Shown here: positions 1 through 15,040 of the stretch, in pieces | Layout of the letters: each line of letters opens with the position of its first letter | Numbering within the stretch: the first letter of the stretch is position 1 | Source of the DNA: Vicugna vicugna | Taxonomy: Eukaryota | Direction: 5' to 3' | Assembly (NCBI GenBank): GCA_013265495.1 | Contig: MU058289.1 | Location: 1,178,001 to 1,242,000 of the forward strand | DNA: 64,000 nt | Notes under the pieces: generated by a model | Databases searched by the model: none | What the model was told of the DNA's origin: nothing | The model's input: the letters and a program-made list of their open reading frames with translations, nothing else | Made by a program: the position numbers and the translations under genes

Positions 1-92
1 CCCAGCACAGAGCTAGGTCCTCAGGAGATACCCAGTGATTCAGACCTTGGATCTCTCTGGATTTTTACCATTAACCAAGCAGTAGGCTCTAA

Positions 93-401
<309 letters not shown>

Positions 402-1602
402 TAACCTTCTCTTGCTTGGTTTCCTTGTGTCTGCATCGCGGATTGTTGTATAACAAACAGTTCTCCTCAACACTTTTACCCAAGTGTCCAACCCAAGCTG
501 ACCTCAGTCTGACATCCTTCCTTATTCCAGATTCTCATAATCTGGAATTCAGCTTGGTTGGGTCCACTGTCCTCACAGCCCAGTTAACAGGACCTGGTGT
601 TAATGGGAGGTTCTCCAAGAAGTGGTTGAATTAGACAGACAGGAAGCTATTTGTCATCAGTGCTACTGGTATCTTTCTGACCAACACAGTCTAGATTTCT
701 TTGACCCCTGGTACCTGCACAGCAGGTATTCCAGGTGGAGACACCAACACCAGCCAAGTCCCTGAGGGGGCAAGGAGCTCAAGTCCTTAATGGAGACAAA
801 GAAAGATCTGGTTTACCTTTTCCACCACCCCATCCCTGAGCTCGGTGCCAGGCATGTAGCAGACCGCTGTGAACATTTGCTAAGTGACAACTGGGTGCAT
901 CTGGCTTGAAGTACAGGATTTTCTAGGCAAAATTTCTGTGGGTCCTGGTGCCAAAACTATTGACTTGTCTCCAGAGTTCTCCTGTCTGTAAGTCTTCACA
1001 TTTGGCAAGATGTGTTTGGTTACATGTTGCAAAAACCACCTCATACTGGTTTCACTCTGGGAAAAGTTGATTACTTCACCTAATGAGAAGCCCTGAAGTG
1101 GCTGTTTCTCTCCTTGGTCCAGGTCATCAGGCCAGCGTCCTTGACATGGCCACAGGATGATGCAGCAGCAACTAGGGCAGCAGGTCCCCACATCAGCCCT
1201 GTCTTCCCAGTCTGGATTGAAGGCTTTTTCTTCAGAATGTGTAGCAGTGTTAGGTCATGGCCTACCTCAGGCCACTGACTATCAGTTGATTTAGTCCAGT
1301 GTGTTTCGCCATCTTTGGGCACCAGAATCACCTGGGAAGCTTTCAAAACAACCAGTGCTCAGTCTTTATGCCCAGAGATTTGGTTTAATTTGTTGTGGTC
1401 CGAACCAGACATGTCTTGGTAGTTCTGAAACATGAGGAAGGTTGAATCCTGCTGATTTAATCAGGGAAAACCCTCTGGAAGGAGGGGTCCCCTTTCTGGG
1501 GTTTCATGGCATTGTGTTAGAGGTGTACACGGCTGTACACTTGACACTGTTCCATTCTTCTTTCTTTATATACCCCTGCCTCATTTATTTCTCTATGCAT
1601 AG

Positions 1603-1698
1603 GCCATCCTGTTCCCAAACTAGAGCTGATTCACCTGCCAGAGCACGGGCAAGAACTGTGGACAGTGAAGAGAGGCCTCTCCAGAAGCACCTATTCAG
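1603..1698 (+). CDS. ZNF599: ZNF599 KRAB-B exon (96 nt; G-HPVPKLELIHLPEHGQELWTVKRGLSRSTYS-G)
   Basis: tatgcatag acceptor, TCAG|gtgggt donor, phase 1-1, 96 nt, KRAB-B motif. Confidence 0.9.
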
Positions 1699-2699
1699 GT
1701 GGGTTGCATGGTAGCTGGCAGACTACCAAGGAATCAGTGTCTGACATTCCATGGGTAGTTTCTTTTTGTGGCCTTCCTGGGGTCTTGAGTGGTCACTGGA
1801 GCACTTTGAACTGTGTTTCCCTATCTTCCCACTCCCATCACACTCTTTACCTTTACTGGGGTTAAAATGTGGGTAAGAGACAGTCTCTAAACGCGTGGCC
1901 TCTCACCAGCCTCATAACTCTGGAGAAGCTGCGTGATCTCACTGCACCTTTGACGTACAAGTTAGGCTGAATTAATGCTTCCTGCTATAAGAGATAATCT
2001 CCAAAATCTTGGTGCGTCAACAGATTTAGAGTTTACTCCTCATTTGTGCCATGGTTTAATGTGGGTCAGCAGAGGAGCTCTGTACCACGTATCCATTCAG
2101 GGACCCAGGTGCATTCTGTTGTCAGTATGTGGCTGTAAGGTTGCCCTGGCATCATCCAACTGGCCAAGAGGAATAGGAGAGAAGGGGAGTAGTCACGTCC
2201 ACTTGCACACATAATCACTTCCGTTCACGTTCCATTGACAAGAACTGGGCATTAGGCTGTACTTTGTATCAAATTGGGAAATGTGGTTTAGCTTTATGTC
2301 CAAGGAGAAAAGGGCAGGGATATGATGAACATATATTCAGTCTGCTAAACTTAGCCTACATTAGAAAAAGATAATAATAATAGTTCCTGCATCATTGGAT
2401 TGTTTGGGAATGAATTGGATAGCATGAAACTGCTTATAAGCACACTACCTGACTCAAAGTAAGTGGCTTAACAAAAGCTACCTACTGGTAATATTCAAGT
2501 GTTATTAGTCATAATGCATAGTGAGTAGTGATATCTCCAGCATCCCCCCAGATTCAAGAAAGACAGTCCTTTCTTCTTCTGCAGATTACCTCCAGCTATA
2601 CTTCGCATCTCACCCTTTTCCACCTCCATCCAGTCATTTATTTACTATACATCCCTGCATGCATCCATCCTTCCACGTGTAAATCAGATATTCAGAAGC

Positions 2700-3520
2700 A
2701 GTCCCTAGCTTTAACATCTTCTTGCCTTCCTGTCGTGTAAAACCTCAAGGGGACATTTGCCCATGTCAGCCCCTCATCCAGTTTGTGGACAGCGCCAATG
2801 CAATTCAAGATCTCTCCCCTCTAGGGTTCCTTCAGGCTGCTCAGCCAGCCAGGGAGTATCTCTGGCCATCCCCTCCTCAGCCCCACAGAGTCTGTCTCAA
2901 ACCTTCACCTCTTTCTACAGTTCTCCATCTTCACTTGAATGTTTCAAAGACACCTCACAGCCATCGTGCCTGAAAAGGACCTTGTGATCTTGCCCACTCT
3001 TCTCATCTCCCCATTTTAGTTAATAGCCATGCCATTCAATAAGTTGAAAAAGCCAAAAACAAACTTGGACGGCCCCTCAATGCCTTCATCTTCATCACAC
3101 CCAATATCCAGCCATCGCTGAATCTTGACCATTTTTCATCATACAGATCTCCTGAATCCATCACCTCTCCCAGTTCCATCAGTTTTGGCATTATCACCCT
3201 TCATCTTTCGCCTGCATGATGCTAACAAATTCCTAACTGGTCCCCCCGTATCTGCTCTGTGCCTCTGACCAGATTTGTGTCTTACATCTGCTTCCCTGTC
3301 CACTCACATCTTGTTCCAGATATCACCACTTCCCTAGCCACTGACATCTCAGCATATGACCTAGTTCATTTTGAAAATAAAGGCTATTCACTTGATTTCT
3401 TGCTCTTTAACCCTTAGCTGCCTTATCCCTGCAGCTTCATGCTCACTTCTGTGGAAGAGTTCTCATCCCCAGCTATGGCTAATTCCCAGCAGAGCCTAGA
3501 TCACACTTTCACCTACCTTC
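2700..3520 (+). mobile_element. Ancient L2 LINE fragment in ZNF599 intron
   Basis: Pyrimidine-rich L2-like text (ttcacttgaatgtttcaaagacacctcac, cctaactggtccccc). Confidence 0.55.
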
Positions 3521-5004
3521 TCAGCTGTATTAGTTATCTATTGCTGTATAGCAACATTAAAAGTCATTCATTATTCAATATTAAAATATCACTCATTTAT
3601 TCTCTCTCATCTGTGGATCAGAAATCCAGACACAAGTTAGCTGGGTCCTCTGCAAAGCTGCAGTCATAGGTGCTTACAGCATGTCGGCTTACTTCTTCAA
3701 ATCAAGTGATGGTGGGAGAGACTCCAACAAGAGGGATGCTACACATGGACTTTATCTCTTACATCTTACATTATTCTGTCACCTTCGCCACGTTCTATTC
3801 TTTAGAAGCAAATCAAGGTCCTGCTAGGATTCAGGCAGAGGTGATTATAAAACTGAACATGATGAGGCAGGGATTATGGGAAGGCATACATGAGTCTCTC
3901 CACTATATCTGGGAACATGGTTCTTCATTTATTTCCTATCTCTTCTATGTCTCCATCTTCTCTTTATTCAACGTAAAAATCACAGTGTAAGTTTCTGACA
4001 CTTGGGGGAAACATTAAAAAATACTCTGCTCTCCAGCAACATCTAAACGTTGTTGACTCTATTTCACCTGAACAACCACGCTTCTTGGGGGAGTTTTCTC
4101 CTTCTCAGAAGAGATATCTACACCTGACTCCTAGACTTCCCCTTTCCTATTTTTTAATTTTTGTACTGAGGTTTTGTATAATTTACACATAATGAATGTA
4201 CAAATTTTAAAGATTCATCATTATGAAATTTTTACATAAATATAAACCAGAATATCCACCACACAGGTCAAGAAGTATATTTCCAGCCCCGCACAGGCTT
4301 CTTGTGCGCCTTCCTTGTTAGTACCCTCTTCTACCAAAGTAACCAGTGTTCAGACTCTGTCGCCATAGATTAGTTTTGAAGGCTTATAAGTGAAACCCCA
4401 CAGCACATACTGTCATGTCTGTCTTCTTTTGATAATCATTACGACCCTGGAATTCATTCATGTGGTTCTATATATTTGGAGTTGGCTTCTTACTGTACGT
4501 ATCTCAATGAATTAATAGATTACATAGACCTGTCTTCCTGAAGTTGGACATTTGGCTTGGTCTCCATTTTCAGAATATTATGAAGAATGCTGCTATGAAT
4601 ATTCTTGATCATATTTTTTGTTGAATGTAAGCACAGACTTCTGTTGGGAGTATGCATGTGAGTAGGCTGGCTGGATAATGGTGTAGTTATATGACTGGCT
4701 TTAGTAGAAATGACTGATCAGTTTCAAAGTGACTCGTACCACTTCACATTCCCACTCCCATGTGTAGGAGTCCTCATTGCTTCACATACTGGTGAGCAGG
4801 TTGTATCTTCCCCTTTACTCTTTGAGGCACAGTAATGGTTCTTCTCAGAACCGCAGTACTAAAAATGTTCTCACCCAGGTCACTGTTGACATTCTGATTG
4901 ACAAATGCAACAACTATAATAATGAAGAGATAATGGTCTACAATTTACCAAACATTTGCCATGCTCTGTGCTGATTGACTTACATGCTTTTTCTCATACA
5001 ACAT

Positions 5005-5400
5005 TGTTATAAACTGAATGTCTGGTGTCCTCCCAAAATTCCTATGTTGGCTCCCTAACCCCCAATGTGATGATATTAGGATATGGGGCTTTTAGGAGGT
5101 GATTGGGTTTAGATGAGGTCATGCGGGTGGAGCCCCCATGATTGGATTAGTGTTCTTGTAAGTAGACAGAGAGACCATGGCCTTTTCTAAGTGCAGTACG
5201 TGGTGCTGGGGTGGTGGGAGAGAGAGGGAGAGCCGTCTGGTGTCTCTTCTTATAAGGACACTAATTCCCCCAGATCAAGTCCCCACCCTTATGACCTCAT
5301 TTAACCTTAATTATTTCTATAAAGCCTTATCTCCAAATATTCGTTGGATTTTAGGGCTTCAATAATGAATTTGTGGGGAACACAAACATTCAGTTCAAAA
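5005..5400. mobile_element. MaLR LTR fragments (MLT1-type)
   Basis: ccctaacccccaatgtgatgatattagg...gaggtcatgcgggtggagccccca and atgacctcatttaaccttaatta, typical MLT1 text. Confidence 0.7.
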
Positions 5401-7776
5401 CATTAATTTTTTTAATAAATACCAGGCTATTCAGATATCCTGTTTTTTCTTGTATCAGTTTTGGTAATTTGAGTCTTTCAAGTCTATTCATTGCTTTTTA
5501 AGATTGTTTCATTTCAAAATGGTAAATTTTATGTTACATATATTTTACAACAGTGAAAAAATGCTAAAAAATAAATTTAAGATTTGTACATACCATTTTT
5601 ATGTCATTAAAAACAGACATTCCCCCCAAAATAAAATTGTTTCATTGTACTTATGTGTGTGTATTTTGCTTTTTTATTTGAACATTATAAAAAGTATCTG
5701 TTTATGCTGTCTTACAGGATTTGCACTTTTTACTTGACAGTTCATGGTGCATGTAGCTATAGTTCACTCATTTTGTCCTTCTGTAGTCATTTGTATGTGT
5801 ATAACACAATGTATTCGTCCATTTTCATGGGAATTTTCTTGTTTCCAGTTGTTTGTACCCACAGACAGTACTGCCATGAAAATTCACATACGTGTGTTCT
5901 CACACACATATGTAGGGATTTCTCTTAGTAATATTCCTAGAACTAGAATTTTTGTATTATAAGGTAAGCAAAAGGAGAACTTCGCTGGATGATGCCCTCT
6001 TGTTTTCTAAAGTGGTTACTTACACCTTTTTATACTTCACCTGCCTTGTATGAACAATTCCATGGATTCACCCCCTCTCCAACACCTGCTATTGTCAGGT
6101 TCTTAAATTTTTTCAATCAAGTGAGTATAAAATGGTCTTGCCCTTCCCCCATATCTAAGAAGTGTGAGCACCTCTTTGTGTGTTGATTAGCCAATATATA
6201 TCTTCTGGGAAATGTTAGTGCATAATATGCTCAGTTTTCATTTTGGGTGTGGAATGTTGAAGTTCCCAGCTGTAATTGTGGTTTTTTGTCTATTTCTCCT
6301 TTCAACTCAGTTTTTGGTTTGTGTGTTTTCTGGCTCTGATATTTGGTACATACAGATTAGGATTGTTATGTCTTCCTGGTAGATTGATCTTTTTATCATT
6401 ATATGTCCCTCTTTGTCTCATTTTCTTTGCTCTGTAGTCTGTTATCTGATATTAATATAGCCACCTTTGTTTGTTTGCCTTTTAAAAAAATGTATTTAGT
6501 TTAGTCAGATTGACTAGTCTTTTCTTTTCTAGTGAATTTTCTGTATCCTGTTTATGAAATCTTCCTTTTTCCCAAGTTCTAAAAGATAGTCATTTTCACT
6601 ATTTATTAAGTTTCTAATCTTTAGCTACTGGCAGTTAAGTCTTAATCAGTCTAGAATTGATTTTTTTTGTGTTGTGTGAGGTAAAAATACAATTCCATTT
6701 TCTTTTGTGTGGCAAATGATTTTTCTTTATCCATTTATTGAGTAGTCCTTCCTTTTCCCACTGGCCTCTCTGCTACTTCTGTCATATATCAAAGTTCCCT
6801 GTGTACACTTAAGCTCCCAATTCTGTTTTTCCCTTTTGAGAGTTTCACAGCTTACCTTACATCTGTGCTACATCACAGTGCCTTGATACGTAAAATTTCA
6901 TCATAATCCTATTCCTCAAAAGGCGAGTCTCCTTGCTTTATTCTTCTTCAGAGATATCCTGGTCTCTCTGTTCTTTTGTATAAATTCCACAATCAGCTTG
7001 TCAATATCCATGAAAAACCCTATTGAGATTTATCTGAAGTTGTATTAAATTTTATAGATGAATTTGAGAAGAATTGACAACTTTATATTATTAATCCCTT
7101 TTTTCATGTAAATCTCCATTCATGCAGTACGTTTTTAGTTTACTTGATCTAGATGTTGTCTATTTAGGTCTATTCACCTAGTCTTTACTCAGGTATAGTA
7201 GACTCAGGATGTCCACCCAGTTGCTTCTAACCCTCCCCCACTTTTGCACAGTCAAGAATTCTGAGATTTTGTTTCTTCTCTGTCTCTGCCTACCTCTTCA
7301 CCATCCTGACATCCTCTTCTCTATGCCTGGCATTCAGCATTCTTTCAAGGCCCTGAACCTATGTACTTCTGGTCACCTGCTATAATCTCTCTCTCTTCAT
7401 TCCTCTGTCAGGGAATTCCTACTCACCTTTAGAAGCAAGCACCTTCACCAGGTAGCCTCCACTGACCTCTTTCTGTCTCCCATCTTGACAGGTTGGGTGC
7501 ACTTTCCGTGTGCTGTCATGGCACCATGAGATGTTGGAGCACAGTCACTACACACGGGGTGATCATTACCCTGCCCCCCTCGCCCGTTCTGGGGGGTGAG
7601 GAGGAGTCTCCACTCCAGATTCTCTGTCCCCTGCCCCAGCTTTTCCTCCTGGGTTACCTTTTAAAGATGTCAAGAATCTAAGGATTAGTAAAGAAAAAAA
7701 TTGTAAACCTGGGTTTTAAAATGCCATAGGCAGGAAAGGCTTTATTTTCATCTTCATTCTTCCACTAAAGTGGTAA

Positions 7777-9363
<1,587 letters not shown>

Positions 9364-9750
9364 ATGATGTAGGAAGGCCTTTTGTAAGTGTTCACTTCAA
9401 TCAATGTTTGTGAACTCCTGCTGGTGAATACCTTTCCTTTTGGATATAACTATTCAGGGAAGTCTTTTGGCCAGAGGAATATCTTACTCAGTACCTGATA
9501 ACCCATACGGAAGAGGAGCATCGTAATTGTCATCTCTGTTAAAGCCTTTTGTAGCAGGTCATCTAACGGGTCATACTAGGAACTGACCCAGCCTACAGTT
9601 CTGCACTGCGCCTGAGAGTCATCCACAAGAGAGATTCCGTGTTTATCATGCATTTGGGGGGAAATGCCAGCAACAGGTCTGCCTATGTTTACACTACAAA
9701 GCCATCTCAAGAGTATTTTAAAAGAATGAAGAGATGTAGTAAAGGAAAAA
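9364..9750 (+). pseudogene. Degenerate zinc-finger remnants in the ZNF599 3' UTR
   Basis: Finger-like fragments after the stop: tgtaggaaggccttt, gggaagtctttt...cttactcagtacctgataacccatacggaagag, aaagccttttgt, gagagtcatccacaagagag. Confidence 0.6.
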
Positions 9751-9928
9751 GAAATACATGTGTGGCTTTCTGAGTTCCCTACCAAGCGTCTGACAATTTG
9801 TCGTGTGTGTGTGTGTGTGTAGACAGGGGGATGAAGAGGGAATGAGAGAGAAAAAGGTCTCATCCCTTTTTTTTTAAATATATATCCATAGTCGGGAGAG
9901 TGTGACCATTGATGCAGCTCTAACATTT

Positions 9929-9934
9929 ATTAAA
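9929..9934 (+). terminator. Candidate ZNF599 polyadenylation signal (ATTAAA)
   Basis: ATTAAA about 570 nt after the stop codon; usage not demonstrable from sequence. Confidence 0.35.
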
Positions 9935-10032
9935 AGTTCTCTATTACAAAACATTGTCATGTCTACCTTTGAGCATAAGTCTTTGTGAGAAATATGAAGG
10001 CTTGAATCATGACATATGTATACACACACTTG

Positions 10033-12284
10033 CAGTCAATTCTTGCTACTCATGGTAGTTGTGTTCTGTAAGTTCATCACAAACACTGAATTAGTGAACA
10101 CTGGAACATTGCTCCTAACAGCAGTACAGGTTTAGGTTCCTGTGAGCCTCTCTTCACAACACTTTCATCAGCCAATCATTACATAACCTTTTATGGAATT
10201 TTTCCCCATTTAAAGACACCTTATGTAATAAATGTTTCTTATAAGTTACTTGCAATATTTCATTAGGTACTTCAATCATATTTTGTGTAAAGTATTCCAC
10301 TGTTATTGTACTGCTTTAAATCATTCAGTCACACAAACAATATGCATATGCAGTACTCATACACAGTAAACTTATAAACACTATAAGCACACAGTGCTGT
10401 GCAGTACAGTCACGCAAAGAACACATACACTATGGTGTACAGTATAGTCATGCAAAGAGGGTCCTAGAAAAATTAAAAATTAGCTAAAATTAATTAAATT
10501 TAATTAAAGATCAATTAAATTTTAATTTAAAATTAATTAAAGATTAACATTAGCTAAAACTCTAATTTTGATAGAGCTGCAGGATGTGTGATGGGGCAGT
10601 GCACTGTGTGGATAAGGTTCTTGGCCTCGGCTTGCCCCAGGAAAACCATAGGAGAGGTCGCTGCCTGGTCTTGCCATCTCTTCCAGGTCTTTGTTGGTGA
10701 GCTCTACTGCCTTCTCTGCCAGAATTTCTTCCACATCTTCTGTCACGTCATTGAAGCCTATTTTACTTATATGTCATGTGAAAGGCATTGTGTTTGACTT
10801 TGTCCTTTATATTTTCTGTAACACCTTCAAAGCCTTTGAAATTTTGGGGGGCAGTCCAGACAAGCATTTTTTCCCGCAGTTAATGATAGTAGTCTCCTTG
10901 ATACTATCCCAGGCTGTGCCAACACAACAGTGCATATAGTGACGACATCCAGTACTCCATCATGGCGGTTTCCTTGTTGGTTTTGAGAGCTTTGCTAAAA
11001 AGCTCCCTCATGTTGTGCCTAATAAAAGCTCTGACTGAGAGGTTGAATTAACAGATGTAGCATTTAGAACATCTCAGTTGGAGTGGGCATTTTCAAGTTC
11101 TTCACGGCAAAGGACTGGGGCACTGTCCAAAATTAATAAACCCTTGGAGGCAAGTTTTTTTTTTTTTTTTGCCTGGAGATAGCGTTCATCTTCTTGAATG
11201 AGCAGTTGTGGAAAAATTCCCAGTATATTTCTGACATCATTCAAATGTTTTTATTTCACCTATAGTGGACTGTCATATGGTTCAGGTTTTTCTTTTTCGG
11301 TTTCTGTGGATTTGGGGCTCTGTACACCGTTGGGGATTTACACTTAAAGTTGCCCTTGGCAACACGATAGCAAGGTTGCATGGTATTTGAATAATTCAAA
11401 GTTGGACTTTGGAGGCATTATATAGGTTCATTTGCAACAGCCTTGTAAACAAGCCTGTCTCATCAGCTTTGAAACTTGCTCTTCCATGTAACACTTTTCC
11501 TTAGGTAAAAACACTTAGGTATTCTTAAAAATTATTCCAAAGCCTCCTGATCTGCAGAATCCGCCTCAACATTTTTCATGCTGTATTGCCTTTTGAAATG
11601 TGCAGGCCAGCTAGCACCCAGCTGATCAGGGTTTAACATTTTCTTGACCTGGGTAACATGACTGTAAATTTTGGCTTTCAGCCTTGCAACAAAGTTGTCT
11701 CCTATGCTTTTTTTCTTTTTAATTGGTCTTCATCTCATGAATCTACAAATTTTGCCATTTTTCCATCTTTTTCATAGCTTCGTCACACAGTATAGATGTT
11801 ACTTTTAATACTTTTCTGGAATAGCTGCATGTACAGACTGATGAATTTCCTCTTCCTAGTTTTGGAGGTGCCATATTGTTGATTGACTAACATTGAACTC
11901 ACAGCCAGCAGCAGTATAACTCATGACTGGTTGAAGCTTCTTTCTCTCAGGCACATCACAGCCATCTTGGACTTACGAACACTAGACAACACTTCAGCAT
12001 TGTGCTTGGGGGGCCATTTTCAACAGCAAAATGACCAACAAAAAGCACAAAAATACAAAAATGTGGTACTAAATAGGACACTATAGTATGAGAGTTGAAA
12101 CCAGAAGAAAGAGTGACAGCTTGTTTGACCTCAGCTGGCAACATGCATGTTGGGTGACTCAATTTTTTTTTTTTAACCACTCTGCACATGTCTGCAAGTA
12201 ATCGCAAAAATACTACGAGTATTGATTTGGGGGTTACAAATAAAGTTTGGTGAATAGGTGAATTTGCAAATAATGAGGATTGCT
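10033..12284 (-). mobile_element. Near full-length Tigger6/MER82-type TcMar DNA transposon with decayed transposase
   Basis: Both ends resemble recalled MER82 termini (cagtcaattcttgctactcatgg...; ...aatttgcaaataatgaggattg); minus-strand ATGGCCCCCCAAGC transposase start near 12017; transposase-like fragment EDVEEILAEKAVELTNKDLEEMA in ORF 10537..10746. Confidence 0.75.
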
Positions 12285-12299
12285 TATTAAAGATCACTG

Positions 12300-13969
12300 A
12301 TGTTTTGTTACTTTTGTGTTTTTCTCTCAGTTTCATTTTGAATAGTTTCTATTGCTACATCTTCCAGTTTCCTCATCTTTTCTTCTGCTATGCTCACTCT
12401 TCCCATAGTCCCATCCAGTGTATTTCATATCATAATTTATAGTTTTTAATCCCTTTTAGTTGGATTAGGAATTTTGATAAGAATTGCATTGACTCTTACC
12501 TTTTTGGGTAATATTGATATCTTAACAATGTTAGGTCTTCCTGATTTGAACATGAGACATCTTTCCATTTATTTAGGTCTTTAATTTCATTCAGCAGTGT
12601 TTTTTGAGTTTTCAGCATACAAATCTTTCACCTCCTTGGTTAGATTTATTGCTAAATATTTTATTATTGTAGGTACTGTTGTAAATGGAAAGAGTTTCCT
12701 AATTTCCTTTTTGGGTTGTTCATTGCTGTATAGATACACAAATGATTTTGAGGTACTGATTTTACCTGCAACTTTGCTGAATTCATTTATTAGCTTTATT
12801 ATTTTTTTTTTATTCTTTGGGATTTTTTTATATAAAGGATCATGACATCTGCAAAAAAGATCATTTTACAACTTCCTTTCCATTTTGATTACCTTTTTTT
12901 TTTCTTATAGCTCTGGTAGAACTTCAAGTACAGTGCTTAATAGAAATCTTGTCTTTTTCTGATCTCAGGGGGAAAGCAGTCTTTCACCACTGAATATGAT
13001 GTTAGCTGTGGGTTTTTCACAAATAACTTTGTCATGTTGAGGAATTTTCCCTCTATTCCTAGTTTTCTGAGGATTTTTATCATGAAAATTTATTGAATTT
13101 TGTCAGATACCTTTTCTGCATAAATTGAGATGATCATATAGGGTTTTTTTTAATTCATTTTATTAATGGGGATGGATTACACTGATTGATTTTCTTATGT
13201 TGAACCACCCTTACTTTGCTGGGGTAAATTCCACTTGGTCATGGTGAATAAATCTTTTTATATGCTGTTGGATTCAATTTGCTAATATTTTGTTAAGGAT
13301 TTTTGCATCTATATTCATAAGGATATTCATCTGTAATTTTCTTTCCTTATGATAATTTTTATCTAGCTTTGGTATCAGAACAATGCTGGCCTCATATAAT
13401 AAACTAGGGAGTGGTTCCTCCTCTTTAATTTTTTGGAAATTTGAGAAGGACTGGTGTTAATTCTTCATTGAATGTTTGGTAGAAATCACTGGTGCAGCAG
13501 TCTGTCCAGAACTTTTCTTTGTTTGGAGGATTTTGATTACTGATTCAATCTCTTTACTTCTTATAGATCTGTTGAAATATTCTGTTTCTTTTTGAGACAG
13601 TTTAGATAATTTCTGTTTCAAGGGATTTTTCCATTTTTGTTTGGTTGTCTCTTTGGTGTACAGTTGTTCTCTATATTGTCCTATAATCCTTTTTACCTCT
13701 GTAAGGTTGGTGGTAATATCTCTGTTTTCATTTCTGATTTTAGTAATTTATGTCTTCTCTTTGTCAGTCTAGATAAAAGTTTATCAAACTTGAAGATCTT
13801 TTCAAAGAGCCAACTTTTGGTTTTATTGATTTTCTCTGTTATTTCTCTATTTTCTATTTGGCTTATCTCCATCCTGTTTTTAAAAATTATTTCCTTCATT
13901 CAGTAGATTTTGGTTTAGTTTGTCTTTTTGTAGTTACAGAAGGTATGAAGTTAGGTTATTGATTTCAGA
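12300..13969 (-). mobile_element. Old L1 ORF2 fragment(s), resuming at about 14655-14818
   Basis: Minus ORF 13693..13899 (EKINKTKSWLFEKIFKFDKLLSRLTK) is L1 ORF2-like; T-rich antisense L1 text. Confidence 0.85.
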
Positions 13970-14650
13970 TTTTTTTTTGCAAGTGACAGTAACATTTATT
14001 AACAAAACTCAATTTTGGCCCACTTCTCTTTTTTTCAGTATAGAATATAAGAAACAGAATAGAAGTTCTGGAAGTCATAGGATCTTCTCAGGTTGGACAC
14101 CAGGCTGTGATATCTTCAGACGAAAAGTTGTTGGTTCCAGGTGTCTCATAGGGAAGGGATCTAACCTAGTTGGAGAAGCTACTGTGTGCTGAGCACTCTG
14201 CTAGGTGTGTTACATATTTTTATGTATTTGATCTCATGGAGCTCTGTGGGATAGATATTATTATGTTTGCTAGAAGTTTCTGAGCTTTGAGATTCAGAGA
14301 TGGTGTGATTTGGCCAAGGCCTCAGAGCTAGTATGTGGCTAAGCCAGGACAGGAACCCAGACCCACCTCCTAGGCTGTTGCTTCCTTCTCTACCACACTG
14401 TTTTCTCTCCATCTGGCTTTGTGAGGGCTAGATGGAGAGAGAACCTCCCTCACTGCCTGCCATAAATGCAGGTTGTTTATGCTATCACTCAAGTCTGGGG
14501 GCAGTAACCACTTCTCAGTATAATCGCACAATGTAGATCTAAGGAGACATTTTGGAGAAATATTTTCTTCAGTCTTCAATAGTCAGTAAGATTCAGCCAT
14601 AACTTCACTCATAGCATGTTTCTTTAAAAAATTTTTTTTAATTTCTTCTA
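13970..14650 (-). pseudogene. Putative retroposed polyadenylated host fragment (3' UTR-like, contains a MIR) inserted in an L1
   Basis: T9 at 13970-13978 and TTTATT (AATAAA on -) at 13995-14000; non-L1 sequence with a MIR at about 14185-14400 interrupts collinear L1 text. Confidence 0.5.
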
Positions 14651-14818
14651 TTAAACCTTTTTTCTAATGTAGACAATTACTGCTGTAAATGTCTCTCCTA
14701 ACACTGTTTTTGGTGTATACCACAAATGTTGGTATGTTGTGTTTTCATTATCATTTTCATAAGTCTTTTAAGTATTTTCTGATTTAATTTGTGGATTCTT
14801 CTTTGGCCCATGGGTTGT

Positions 14819-15040
14819 TGTCTTAGTCCATACAGGCTACTATACAAAATACAAGAGATTGGGTAGCTTATAAGCAACAGAAATTTATTTTTCACGGTTC
14901 TTGAAGGCTCAAAGTCTGAGATCAAGGTGCCAGAATTGTCACTCTTTCTGGCTGCAGACTTCTCAGTGAGTCCAAACATGGCAGAAGGGGCTAGAGTTCT
15001 GTGGGGTCTCATTTATAAGAGCACTAATCCAGTTCATGAG
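14819..15040 (-). mobile_element. MLT1A-type MaLR LTR fragment
   Basis: tgtcttagtccatacaggctactatacaaaatac...agaaatttatttttcacggttct...gagatcaaggtgccag. Confidence 0.75.
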
